IMG/VR virus record: IMGVR_UViG_2974670102_000001
Span: 64,001 to 128,000 of that record
Strand: one strand, 5' to 3'
Origin: a virus
Lineage: Duplodnaviria > Caudoviricetes
Length of the DNA stretch: 64,000 nucleotides
The translations under genes were made by a program, and so were the position numbers. Below are positions 26,641 through 36,214 of this stretch, one piece after another. The notes under the pieces are model-generated. The model searched no databases and was not told the origin of the DNA. It worked only from the letters and a program-made list of their open reading frames with translations. Within the stretch, counting starts at the first letter, position 1, and each line of letters starts with the position of its first letter.

Positions 26641-27621
26641 TTAACAGAAGCCCCAGTTACGCAGTTGCAGACTGCGACCGGAGAAAGCGGACGCGAAATC
26701 GTCCAGTTCAGACTCACGCATGATCCAGTACCACGAGGCACCAGCGTGCGGCATGGGACGCGAAGTCACGGTCGCGTAGCGCTGTTTCGTTTCCTTGCGG
26801 ATTCGCTTGAGCACTCCATCGACAGTGAGGTTCGATTTCGGGTTGATGCTGATCAGAACCTGATCGCGCAGCACCACGTAGCCACCCAGACTGTCGAACT
26901 TGAACCCCCGGGCACGCAGTATCCGGTCGTCCATGATCGTAGCCGGAACGGGCACCACGGAAGTGCGGCCCATAGTGAACGCGTGATCCGGATTGCACTT
27001 GGGCAATGAGTCACGTGCCCCAGTGACCGAGTTTATCACGTCCCCCAGATTGGAGGCAAATACAGGGTCTTTCAACTCGGACTCGGACAGGCGATCACCA
27101 GGGCCGTCATCGCGGTCACCGGATAGCAGCAGACTCTGTTCTTGCAGACGGGCAACCGACGCGCGGTACAGGTCTTCGAGCAGAGAACGCCATTTGCTGA
27201 TGGCGGACAAATCGACAGAACTTTCGTTCAATTCACCAAGGTAGGCAATTTCGCGAAGGCTTGTCAATTCGTTCTTGACTGCGCGCAGCGCGACGCTGGT
27301 GCCCTGCGGCAGGCCACGTGCACGGAACTCGCGTACGGCCTTCAGCGCGTCGGTCAGGCGCTTCATCTGGCGCTCCTTGCTGACGGAGCCCATGCCCGGA
27401 AGTCGTCGGAACGCAGTATTCGAATCGTCGAGCAGTGCTCGGATGTCGTCCACTCGTTTTTGCAGCCCGTCAATGATCTGGCGGGGCTCCTTACCGTTCT
27501 TCGATCCGAGTTGCAGCATCGGTATCAGCTTACCAAGCTGAGACTGGTTCTTCGCAGTCAGGCCGTTGCGCGCCTGCATGCGGTCGAACGTCGAATCGAC
27601 GACGCGCTGATTGTTTTCCAT
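26641..27621 (-). CDS. hypothetical protein
   Basis: 326-aa ORF in operon context. Confidence 0.75.
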   Translation of the reverse strand: MENNQRVVDSTFDRMQARNGLTAKNQSQLGKLIPMLQLGSKNGKEPRQIIDGLQKRVDDIRALLDDSNTAFRRLPGMGSVSKERQMKRLTDALKAVREFRARGLPQGTSVALRAVKNELTSLREIAYLGELNESSVDLSAISKWRSLLEDLYRASVARLQEQSLLLSGDRDDGPGDRLSESELKDPVFASNLGDVINSVTGARDSLPKCNPDHAFTMGRTSVVPVPATIMDDRILRARGFKFDSLGGYVVLRDQVLISINPKSNLTVDGVLKRIRKETKQRYATVTSRPMPHAGASWYWIMRESELDDFASAFSGRSLQLRNWGFC

Positions 27622-27662
27622 GGATAGCGTGAGTCCCTATGAAATTCAGGTGTATAAACGGC

Positions 27663-27700
27663 AGAAGGGGGCTCTGCGTCAACCACAGAGCCCCCTTCTT
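27663..27700. terminator. strong hairpin / terminator
   Basis: AGAAGGGGGCTCTG-CGTCAACCA-CAGAGCCCCCTTCT. Confidence 0.6.
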
Positions 27701-27731
27701 AGCTTAGCGCTTCAGGCGCGGCGTCCGATGC

Positions 27732-28202
27732 TTACAGCAGGTCGTACGTTTCGCCCTTCGTTGCTGCGGCCTTCGGAGCCTTCGCTGCCTTTGCCGGTGC
27801 TGCCTTCGGTGCAGCGGCCTTCTTCGCTGCCGGTGCAGCCTTCGCTGCCTTCGGTGCCTTTGCCGGAGCGGCGGCCTTCGCTGCCTTTGCCGGAGCGGCT
27901 GCGACCTTGCGCTTCGATGCCGGAACGTCGGCGTCCGATGCCTTCGCCTTCTTCGCGACCGGAGCGGCCTTCGCTGCCTTTGCCGGTGCTGCCTTCTTGG
28001 CGGCCGGTGCAGCCTTCGTCTTTGCTGCTGCGGCCACGGCCGTCAGCTTCGCGACTTGTGCTTCCAGCTTGGCGATCTGCTTGGCTTGCGCGCCGATGGT
28101 CTTCTCCGATGCTGCTGCGCCCTTTGCTGCGTCCTTCAGGATTGCCGAGACTGCCGGTGCTGCTGCGACCTTCGTTGCTGCTGCCTTTGCGATACGTGCC
28201 AT
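27732..28202 (-). CDS. histone H1-like Ala/Lys/Pro-rich DNA-binding protein
   Basis: Repeated AAPAKAAK units after a short coiled coil. Confidence 0.8.
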   Translation of the reverse strand: MARIAKAAATKVAAAPAVSAILKDAAKGAAASEKTIGAQAKQIAKLEAQVAKLTAVAAAAKTKAAPAAKKAAPAKAAKAAPVAKKAKASDADVPASKRKVAAAPAKAAKAAAPAKAPKAAKAAPAAKKAAAPKAAPAKAAKAPKAAATKGETYDLL

Positions 28203-28367
28203 GATTGTACTTCCTTCTAACGAGTTGATGAGGTTTTGAAGAGGTGCCGAATTCGTTTCGACTACACTCTCTTTACTACAGGTTGAAATTGCGTTTTGTG
28301 CAATCCCGAAAAGAGAGCGTAGTATCTCACACTTCCGGGAAGCACACAACAATTATTTCAACTTTCT

Positions 28368-29771
28368 TTACAGGGCGTTGCTGAAAAGCGACACCTTGTC
28401 CGACTGCTTGAAACTGCGCTTCGCGCTCTTGGCCACGTCGACTGCCGAGCGGGCCAGTGCTACCACCGGCTCCGAGTTCGGGATCGTCGGGATCACGACT
28501 GCGATAGCGGTGCTGCCGCCTACCTTGATGAACGACTGCTCGCCCACCTTGAACGGTTGCAGCAGACCCAGTTCCGAGAAGCGAACCTTGCCAGCGCTTT
28601 CCAGCGCCTCTTCGTGAACGTCAAGCGTCGTGCCGTCGAAGAAGTTGACCCGGACGATCCCTTCGGCCACGCGGGTCACCACTTGGCCGAGGCCCTGCAC
28701 CGAGTGGCGGACGGCGGCACCAAGTGCGAAGCCGGTTTCCGGATAACGCGGGTTCGTCAGGTTCAGGCCCATCGGGTCCAGAATCTGGGTTCCCGTGTTC
28801 TGGATCACGGCATCGTCCGTCTCGCTGACGCCGCCCACGATCACCAGAACGTCGCCGACCGTATCGCCCGGGTACGTGGCGAACAGCGCCTTCGAGATCG
28901 TGCCACCGACCGTACCGTCCTTGGTCTCGACTTGATCACCGATCAGGAAGCCGTAGCGTGCGGCGAGAACGTCTTCGGCACTCCATTCGGTTCCCCGGCT
29001 GGTCTGCTGGAGCGACAGCGGCTTGATCAGGGCTTCCGGGGGCACACCCTCGATCTCGACACCCTTCGACAGGACGCGGGTCTGAGCAGCCGTGTACGGA
29101 TTGCCTTCGAGGCCGACCGGAGTGCCAGCGTCTTGTGCCAGCGTCACGCCCTGAGCCGTGACAGCCGCCACGTAGAAGAGGCCGACAGCATCCTGAACGC
29201 CCGTGCCGAGGGCGGCGGTCGACGTGCGGTCGACGAGAACCAGATCGTCGAGAGCGATTCCCAGCTTTTCGAGGCGCTTTTCGACACGGCGCAGAGCCTT
29301 TGCGTCGGAGTTCAGGCTGTCGGCCGTTGCTCCGGCATCGATTGCGAGGAAGTACGGGAGTGCTTCCTTGTTGTCGACGATTGCGTACAGCTTGTCACGC
29401 TTGACGAATGCGAGAACACGCGCGCCGTCGATCTTCTGGCCCGGCTTGAAGCCGCGCTCGATTGCCTCTGCCTCGGCGGCCCGCAGATCGACGTTTGCCG
29501 CCTTGATCTCTTCTTCGCTCAGCTTGGTAAGGCGACCGAAGTCGTCATCCGTCGACACGATCAGTTGAACCGAGAGGTCCGTGTAGTCAGCGATGATCAC
29601 GTTCGTGGTTCCAGCCTTCTTGTCGTTCAGGACTTCGAGGACGAGGACCGGAACCGCGCCGAGCGTGACGCCGTTACCGTCTGCGTGATACCGGGCCGAC
29701 ACCAGACCATGGACCGTACCGACCGTGATACCGTACTGCTCTTGAACCTTCTTTTCAAACTTCTTCGACAT
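28368..29771 (-). CDS. hypothetical multi-domain protein (beta-rich, SH3-like segments)
   Basis: GGAG RBS before MSKKFE; highly biased codons. Confidence 0.8.
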   Translation of the reverse strand: MSKKFEKKVQEQYGITVGTVHGLVSARYHADGNGVTLGAVPVLVLEVLNDKKAGTTNVIIADYTDLSVQLIVSTDDDFGRLTKLSEEEIKAANVDLRAAEAEAIERGFKPGQKIDGARVLAFVKRDKLYAIVDNKEALPYFLAIDAGATADSLNSDAKALRRVEKRLEKLGIALDDLVLVDRTSTAALGTGVQDAVGLFYVAAVTAQGVTLAQDAGTPVGLEGNPYTAAQTRVLSKGVEIEGVPPEALIKPLSLQQTSRGTEWSAEDVLAARYGFLIGDQVETKDGTVGGTISKALFATYPGDTVGDVLVIVGGVSETDDAVIQNTGTQILDPMGLNLTNPRYPETGFALGAAVRHSVQGLGQVVTRVAEGIVRVNFFDGTTLDVHEEALESAGKVRFSELGLLQPFKVGEQSFIKVGGSTAIAVVIPTIPNSEPVVALARSAVDVAKSAKRSFKQSDKVSLFSNAL

Positions 29772-29844
29772 GCTTCTGTTTCTCCGTTTCGGATTAAAGC
29801 CAGATGTTTGGATCGGGTATCTGGCACATCCCGTTTGCAACAGC

Positions 29845-29882
29845 GAGGATTGAACTATATCAAGCACAATCCTCACCGTCAA
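29845..29882 (-). promoter_or_regulatory. sigma70-type promoter with inverted repeat flanking the -10
   Basis: TTGACG-17-TATAGT; GAGGATTG-14-CAATCCTC. Confidence 0.6.
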
Positions 29883-29888
29883 CTCCTT

Positions 29889-31406
29889 TTACACAACTTT
29901 GAACTTTTGCGACGCCTTTGCAGATTCGTACGCGCGGTCCTTCTCGATTGCGGGTATCAGGCTCTCCAGATCGGCCAGAATCTTGCCCTTCGGCTTCTTC
30001 TGCCACGAGCCGAGTTGCTTCAGGTGGGCTTGTTGCTCCTTCAGCTTGATCTTCATCTGCTCTTGATCCATGCGCGACCACCGACGCGTCGGCAGATCGA
30101 GAAGCTGCTTGGCCTGTTCAGCCGTCACCTTCATCAACTTGACGAGCATCGCGTCCGGGTCTTTCGCTTTAAGGGCCTTCATCAGCGAATCGACGTGATC
30201 GACAGCGTAGATCAAGAGTTCCGTGTACGCAATAGCGGCCTCTTGCTTCTTGATCCGGTACGCCAACGATTTCAGTTCGAGTTCGGTGCGCAATTCGAGC
30301 CACTTCTTCAGCAACTCAGGAATCGAGAGCGATAGGAAGTGGGTTTCAAAGTCGATCTTGCCATCGTTCTCGATGACTTCGCGCAGCGTCACGTTGATCT
30401 TGAACGAACGGTTCTGAAGCGTGGCCTTTCGTACCTTCTCGACGAATTTGTCAAACTGCGCGTAGTTGTACGCGGGTTTGCACTCGATGGAGTAGGTGGT
30501 GCTCCCCTTCGAGTTGTAGCAGCGCTGCGTCTCCGGGAACGTGCGTACCTTCTGCACGAACTTCTCGATGTTGGTGCCCGGGGGCCAATCACTGATCGTG
30601 ATCCGCTTGTTATCGCGGTCGATATCGAGCAGAGATTCGAACTGCACCTTACCCTTGCTCGTCTCGAACATGGAGAGCCAACCCTTCTGGTTCTCCTTGG
30701 TCTTGACGAGTTGGCCACCGTACTTGTGCGAGTACTTCAGCGTCTTCGCGTAGTCACGCGCCGTCAGGTCTTCACCCTTCAGCATCCGTTGCAGGATCGC
30801 TACCACGGATTCCGGTGTGAACGTCGGCAGGTGCGTCGTGATGCCGACGCCGATACCCTCACCGCCGTTCAGCAACACGTTCGGAAGCTGGGCCGGAAGC
30901 GTCACCGGCTCGATCTCCGAATCATCGAAGTTCGGGACGAACGTCGTCACGTCCTTGTGGATGTAGTCCGGTTGCATGAACGACAGCCCGTACTGGCTCA
31001 TGCGTGTGTTCGTGTATCGCGCGGCTGCTGCACCGTCGACCATCGAACCCCAGTTGCCGTCACCCAGCATTGTCGGGCTGCTCTGGTTCACGAGCGTGAC
31101 CAGTGCATCGTATGCCGCGCCGTCACCGTGCGGGTGGTACTTACCGATCACGTCACCAACGAGACGAGCCGATTTGATGAAACGCTTCTCCTGATGGGAT
31201 GCAGCCCACAGGATACGGCGGTGCACTGGTTTCAGGCCGTCGAACAGGTCGGGAACCGAACGGTCGAGGTTCACGGTCACGCCGTAGACCTTCATGTTGC
31301 GGTTGCCGAAATCGCGCAGCGTCTCGTGGCCGAGGTTGCGGTCTTCACCGGGGGCCCGGGCCGAAGCCCCCTTCTTCGTCTTCAACGTATCCTTCTTCGT
31401 TGCCAT
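29889..31406 (-). CDS. gyrA: type IIA topoisomerase subunit A (GyrA/ParC-like, no C-terminal pinwheel)
   Basis: DGLKPVHRRIL, KSARLVGDVIGKYHPHGD, AAARYT catalytic Tyr, PNVLLNG. Confidence 0.93.
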   Translation of the reverse strand: MATKKDTLKTKKGASARAPGEDRNLGHETLRDFGNRNMKVYGVTVNLDRSVPDLFDGLKPVHRRILWAASHQEKRFIKSARLVGDVIGKYHPHGDGAAYDALVTLVNQSSPTMLGDGNWGSMVDGAAAARYTNTRMSQYGLSFMQPDYIHKDVTTFVPNFDDSEIEPVTLPAQLPNVLLNGGEGIGVGITTHLPTFTPESVVAILQRMLKGEDLTARDYAKTLKYSHKYGGQLVKTKENQKGWLSMFETSKGKVQFESLLDIDRDNKRITISDWPPGTNIEKFVQKVRTFPETQRCYNSKGSTTYSIECKPAYNYAQFDKFVEKVRKATLQNRSFKINVTLREVIENDGKIDFETHFLSLSIPELLKKWLELRTELELKSLAYRIKKQEAAIAYTELLIYAVDHVDSLMKALKAKDPDAMLVKLMKVTAEQAKQLLDLPTRRWSRMDQEQMKIKLKEQQAHLKQLGSWQKKPKGKILADLESLIPAIEKDRAYESAKASQKFKVV

Positions 31407-33997
31407 TACTTCGCCTTCTTCGATGCGACCTTCTTAGCCGCAGGTTTAGCCGTTGCTGCTTCCTTCTTTACTGCAACCTTCTTGGCAGCAGGTTTGGCCG
31501 GAGCCTCGTCTTCGTCGGCCGCGCTGTCGCTCGGGAGACCCAGCATCTGGCGTCGGTAGTCCACGTCGTCGGCCATCAGCTTCACGAAGTCCACGTGATC
31601 AGCGTCGCCTAGCGGCTTGATCTTGATCATGTGTCGCGTGTCCGGGTCCATGATGAGAGTCCGAATCAGACCTTCGTTCATTTCCCCGTAGCCCTTGACG
31701 TGGCGCACGTCCACGTTCTTGATGCCCTTGGCGGCCAGCTTGCGCTGCACTTCACCGAGCGTCGCGCCCACGAACAACTCGCCCTTCGCCTCGGCGTAGA
31801 ACTCCGGTGCGTTTGCCACGTACACCATGCCGCGCTCGAACAGGCCGGGCAGGAACTTGTACATCAGCGCCAGAAGCAGGCTGTTGATGTGACAGTTCGC
31901 GCTCATGATACCGGAAGGAAGCATGAAGTGGTGATACTTCGGGACCGTCAGGCAGTACACGGGCACCGGCTCCGCTTGCTCCTGCACACGCAGTTTCGAG
32001 ACGGCCACGAAACCAAGGCCCGTGCTCTTGTCCTGCTTGTTCCAGTCGCGCTTGTCCAGCTTGTCGTTGTACGGGTAGTACAGGCGGTCACCGATACGCA
32101 TGTCGCGCGCACGGCAGAACGCGAGGTCCGCGTTGCCCGGGAACGGGAGCAGTTCGCGACCACGGTTGGCTTGCGTCCGGATCACCACGAATTTGTGGTC
32201 TTCGCTAACGCGGTACTTCGTGCCGTGTGCCTCGATTGCCACCAGCTTCGTGACGTTGCGAACCAGCGACGCCGTTGCAGGTGCCCAGATTTCGCGGCCG
32301 TGATGGAAGACCGGGACCTCGAAGCCGTTCGGGTTGCGCGACAGCGACTCGATGCTCACCTGATGCGGTTCGGCACCAAGATCACCGTCATCCTGACGAC
32401 GTACAGTGATCATGGTTTCCCCGACGAACGGGCCGTCCGGGTCCGGGTCGGCCAGACAGATGATCTTGCCGACTTGCAGCTTGGTCATCGGGTCTGCGGC
32501 GTTCACGTCGTAGCCAATCGCGGCCAGAATGTTCAGAATTTCTTCTGATTCGAGAGCCTTTTCCGGTTGGCGCAAGGCGTTCAAAACCTTCCCACGCAGG
32601 GGCAGAATAGCCTGATACGGGAAACGGGCTTCCCGTACCTTACCGGCCGCCGAATCCCCTTCCAGCAGGAACAGTTCGCGATGCTCGACCTTGGTCTTCA
32701 GGTCGTACGACGCGTACTTGGCAGGCAGGCCCTGACGCTTGATCTTGTTCAGGTCCGTAGCCGCCTTTTTAGACATCACGAACTTGGTCTTGAGTTCGGA
32801 GACTCGCGACGCACGATCCGCGATGCGTTGTGCCAGCGCCTTGTTCCCGTTGAAGAACTTGGTCGCGGCCTCCACGAGCATGGCCTCGAAGGGCTCACCC
32901 GCCCGGTCGTCTGCAAGCTTCGCCTTGTCCTGCGACGTGAACGTTGCCTTCGACAGGTACATGTTGACGAGGCCGACCATGCCATCCTTCAGATCGGGCT
33001 CGCGGAACGCGGGGACTTCTTTGGCCTTGCCGTCGACCTTGATCTTCTTGGTCTTGATCCACGGCTTGAGTGCAGTGTACAGCGCACCCGACACAGCATC
33101 GACGTGCTTACCGCCGCTCGATTGGTGCAGGCCGTTCGTGTAGCCCTTGACCTGATAGCCTTCTGCGTTCGTGAACGCGACGATCACGTCCGCCAGCGCC
33201 GACTTGTATTCGAACATGTCGCGCTCGCCTTCGCACTTCAGTTCGGTCAGCGTCTTTTCGATGTACTCGACAGGGCCGCGCTTGCTGAAGAACTCCTTCA
33301 TGCCCTTCGCGTTGCCGATGGAGACGCGGAAGCCCGGCGTCAGATAGGCTGCGAGTTCAGCCCATTGCGTCGCGACCGATGACGGGAACGACTTGGCGCT
33401 GAACACCTTGTAGTTCGGGAGAACCTTGATCAGCGTGCCCTTCTCAGCCTTAGTGCCGTCCCACTTCTTGGGGGCGGACTTCAGCTTCGTGACTTCGGTA
33501 GCCAGATGGCCGTTCTTGAACGCGATGTAGTACCACGAACCTTCGAAGAAAGTCCACACTTCCATCGAATCGGACAGCGCGTTCGTGGCCTTGACGCCTA
33601 CGCCGTGCGTGCCGCGCGAGGCCGCGTATGCGGCATCCGCCTCGAACTTGCCGGACGTGTGCAGTTCCCCGAAGATGGCCTGCATCGTCGGCGTCTTGAT
33701 GGTGGTCTTCTTGCCGTTGATCACCATGCTGTGCGTCTTGATACCCTGCGGGATACCGTTCGCATCGTCGGACACCCAGAAGGTGCCGTTGTCCGCAAAC
33801 AGCGTGACGCTCGTGCCACGGCCCGCCAAATGCTCGTCGATTGCGTTGTCCAGCATTTCCCGGACGATGACCCAGAGCGCCGAGGCATCGGTGCCCCCGA
33901 TGTACATGCCGGGATTTTTTTGAATGTTTTCAGGAAAGCGCAGGGTGTTGATGTCTGCGCTATCGTATTTCTTGGACTGCTTCTTCACTTCAGCCAT
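31406..33997 (-). CDS. gyrB: type IIA topoisomerase subunit B (GyrB/ParE-like), intein-containing
   Basis: PGMYIG, EMLDNAIDE, LHTSGKF, GTHGVGV, EGDSA, PLRGKVLN, DPDPDG..HI, KGYGEMN. Confidence 0.93.
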   Translation of the reverse strand: MAEVKKQSKKYDSADINTLRFPENIQKNPGMYIGGTDASALWVIVREMLDNAIDEHLAGRGTSVTLFADNGTFWVSDDANGIPQGIKTHSMVINGKKTTIKTPTMQAIFGELHTSGKFEADAAYAASRGTHGVGVKATNALSDSMEVWTFFEGSWYYIAFKNGHLATEVTKLKSAPKKWDGTKAEKGTLIKVLPNYKVFSAKSFPSSVATQWAELAAYLTPGFRVSIGNAKGMKEFFSKRGPVEYIEKTLTELKCEGERDMFEYKSALADVIVAFTNAEGYQVKGYTNGLHQSSGGKHVDAVSGALYTALKPWIKTKKIKVDGKAKEVPAFREPDLKDGMVGLVNMYLSKATFTSQDKAKLADDRAGEPFEAMLVEAATKFFNGNKALAQRIADRASRVSELKTKFVMSKKAATDLNKIKRQGLPAKYASYDLKTKVEHRELFLLEGDSAAGKVREARFPYQAILPLRGKVLNALRQPEKALESEEILNILAAIGYDVNAADPMTKLQVGKIICLADPDPDGPFVGETMITVRRQDDGDLGAEPHQVSIESLSRNPNGFEVPVFHHGREIWAPATASLVRNVTKLVAIEAHGTKYRVSEDHKFVVIRTQANRGRELLPFPGNADLAFCRARDMRIGDRLYYPYNDKLDKRDWNKQDKSTGLGFVAVSKLRVQEQAEPVPVYCLTVPKYHHFMLPSGIMSANCHINSLLLALMYKFLPGLFERGMVYVANAPEFYAEAKGELFVGATLGEVQRKLAAKGIKNVDVRHVKGYGEMNEGLIRTLIMDPDTRHMIKIKPLGDADHVDFVKLMADDVDYRRQMLGLPSDSAADEDEAPAKPAAKKVAVKKEAATAKPAAKKVASKKAK
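31895..32431 (-). mobile_element. 179-aa mini-intein, Pro1, class-3-like
   Basis: PFVGETMI block A, SEDHKF block B, ARDMRIGD, VYCLTV block F, GIMSAN|C; removal restores DPDPDG-CHI. Confidence 0.88.
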
Positions 33998-33998
33998 T

Positions 33999-34790
33999 TC
34001 AGGCGTCTACCTCGAAGTTATTGGGGTTGAACTGCGGTACACGCATCAGTTGGCAAATGGCGGGAAGCACATTCGACACTTCTGCGTATCGAGCACGTGT
34101 CGAGAGCGTGGGAACGAATTCACCGCCCTGCTTGACGGCCACGTTCACATGCACATAGCCGTGCTCGTGCTCGAATTTCGGGTCCTGCCCCGGACGTGCG
34201 GGCAGCGTGCGGGAACGCTCGTTGAAATTGTCCATCTTGAAGGTGATGCGCATACCACCGAGCGTGAGCGCCGCAACTTCTTGATCTGATTCCGGTTTCT
34301 CGTTGAGCCCGATGACCGGAATCTTGGCCGGATCATGCCAGTACGTGACCTTGACCACAGCCTTACTGCGTGCTTCCGCGTACTCGAAAGTCATGCGGTA
34401 GCCCCAGCGATCAAAGAAGTCGAGCAGCGCGTCGTGCATGCGGTCGACCGAGGCACGTGCCTTCGTGAACGCCGGGTCCTTCATCGAGACCTCGAACTCC
34501 ATGTCGCGACTCCGGATCGTGCAGTCGCACGTATCGGCCTTCTTCTTCCACGTCGTTCCAACCTTTTCGAGGAACGGTTCGAGGATTTCAGTTCGGAACG
34601 AGAAGCCCACACCGCGAATGCCGTGAGGGTCCGTCACGAGCTTGATCGTGGGGAGGAAGTCCTCATGAAAGATAGTGAGCGGTATGCCGACCGCAGCCAG
34701 TACCTTGTACGATTCCGAATCTGCCGGAATCAACCACTGTTTGTTCTGGGCCAATCTGATTGTGATCGGCTCACCGTTCTCTACTGTCAC
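33999..34790 (-). CDS. hypothetical protein
   Basis: CAGGAGG RBS, coupled. Confidence 0.75.
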   Translation of the reverse strand: MTVENGEPITIRLAQNKQWLIPADSESYKVLAAVGIPLTIFHEDFLPTIKLVTDPHGIRGVGFSFRTEILEPFLEKVGTTWKKKADTCDCTIRSRDMEFEVSMKDPAFTKARASVDRMHDALLDFFDRWGYRMTFEYAEARSKAVVKVTYWHDPAKIPVIGLNEKPESDQEVAALTLGGMRITFKMDNFNERSRTLPARPGQDPKFEHEHGYVHVNVAVKQGGEFVPTLSTRARYAEVSNVLPAICQLMRVPQFNPNNFEVDA

Positions 34791-35098
34791 GCGGAAACCT
34801 CCTGTCGGGATTCTAGGGCAAAGTAAAAGCGCTCGCGGAACGCTTCGTCCTCTTGAGCAACTAGGGCCAGAATTTTGGCCTCGGCCTGAGCGTCACGCGC
34901 ATCGCGCGCAGCTAGTACCTGTCTCGCCATTCTATTCGCTTTACCAACGATTGTAAAGCGAATTTCACGTGCTGGACAATCTTCGTTGCCTTTGGAGAAG
35001 TGACAAGTCGAGTACGCTTTTGCCTCAGATGGGTCAAGATGCTTGCATGTTTTGCACTTGCGCGAATACAGTTGAAGGTATTCCAGTCTCTGTTCCAT
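34787..35098 (-). CDS. hypothetical protein with Cys cluster
   Basis: CKTC...C...CP; AAGGA RBS. Confidence 0.7.
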   Translation of the reverse strand: MEQRLEYLQLYSRKCKTCKHLDPSEAKAYSTCHFSKGNEDCPAREIRFTIVGKANRMARQVLAARDARDAQAEAKILALVAQEDEAFRERFYFALESRQEVSA

Positions 35099-35186
35099 TT
35101 TGGTCCTTAAACGGAAAATGGGTGGAGGGAACTAAATCCCACCACCCGATCCTAGATCGGGTTACCCCGATCAGACGAACCGCCGA

Positions 35187-36014
35187 TTAGAACAGTTCTT
35201 CGTCTTCTTCGTCTTCGTCGTCTTCGTCTTCCGACTCGCCGTCGTCTTCGTCGTCTTCTTCGTCTTCGTCGTCACCATCTTCGGTGTCGTCTTCGTCGTC
35301 CTCGTCGTCTTCCGACTCGCCGTCGTCTTCGTCGTCTTCGTCTTCTTCCTCGTCTTCTTCGACGACCTTCTTGCCCTTGGCCGGGGCCTTCTTGCCCTTC
35401 TTCGGAGCCGGTTCGTCGTCTTCGTCGTCTTCGTCGTCTTCGTCTTCTTCCTCGTCCTCTTCTTCGTCTTCTTCTTCGACGACGGCGACCTTCTTGCCCT
35501 TGGCCGGTGCAGTGGCCTTCTTGCCCTTGGCCGGTGCCGGTGCTTCCTCTTCGTCGTCTTCGTCTTCTTCCTCGTCGTCACCTTCCGGTTCGACCGGGGC
35601 CGCTACCGGTGCCGGGGCCGCGAGGCCACCAGCGACCGACGACGATACGAATTCCGGACGCAGTGCGATCAGCGGGCCTGCTGCCGTCTTGTAGATCGTG
35701 ACGCCACGCTCTTCGTTGTAGTCCATGCCTTCGACGTTGCCGACGAATTCCATGGTCTCGTAGAAAATCGTGGTGCCGAGGCATGCGATGACCGACGCAC
35801 GCGGAATCACGAGACCGCCTTCAGCGTAGTACGCTGCGCTGTCCGGCTTCTTCGAGGCCACTGCCTTGTTCGTGACGCGAACGAAGACTTGACCTTGCGG
35901 TGCTGCTGCTTCGACTGCCAGCTTTTGGGCTTTTGCCTTCACTTCTGCGCCCTTTGCCTTCGTTGCTGCTGCCTTCGTGGTCTTTGCCGGTGCTGCCTTT
36001 GCTGCCTTTGCCAT
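35187..36014 (-). CDS. polyampholyte protein: basic N-terminus, APAKGKK repeats alternating with long D/E tracts
   Basis: Direct from translation; GAC/GAA-rich low-complexity DNA at 35196-35580. Confidence 0.85.
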   Translation of the reverse strand: MAKAAKAAPAKTTKAAATKAKGAEVKAKAQKLAVEAAAPQGQVFVRVTNKAVASKKPDSAAYYAEGGLVIPRASVIACLGTTIFYETMEFVGNVEGMDYNEERGVTIYKTAAGPLIALRPEFVSSSVAGGLAAPAPVAAPVEPEGDDEEEDEDDEEEAPAPAKGKKATAPAKGKKVAVVEEEDEEEDEEEDEDDEDDEDDEPAPKKGKKAPAKGKKVVEEDEEEDEDDEDDGESEDDEDDEDDTEDGDDEDEEDDEDDGESEDEDDEDEEDEELF

Positions 36015-36214
36015 GCTCTGTTTCCTTTCGGGTTGAATTATCGCGGCTTCACGTGATAGCCGCAATCTTGATACAACGTATTTACTACAACTTCCGAATC
36101 AGGGCTGGTGATACGACACTGATCAACAGCGCCGCATCGCGAATCCCAATCTATCCTGCGGATTTAGCGGGGAGCGGACTCTACACTAAATCAGTGTTCT
36201 GTGTCAACGACTTT

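Noticed and set aside
27760-28190. GCCTTCGCTGCCTTTGCCGG-type repeats
   Set aside because: Coding repeats of the AKP-rich H1-like protein.
23400-33382. Long plus-strand ORFs (23400-25367, 28557-30335, 30339-31559, 31631-32548, 32567-33382)
   Set aside because: Shadow ORFs opposite the RNA ligase and topoisomerase genes.
35196-35580. TCGTCT/TCTTCG repeat tract as a CRISPR array or satellite; poly-Ser and poly-Thr/Lys ORFs in other frames
   Set aside because: Explained by Asp/Glu codons of the acidic protein; no repeat-spacer periodicity. I saw no CRISPR array anywhere in the window.
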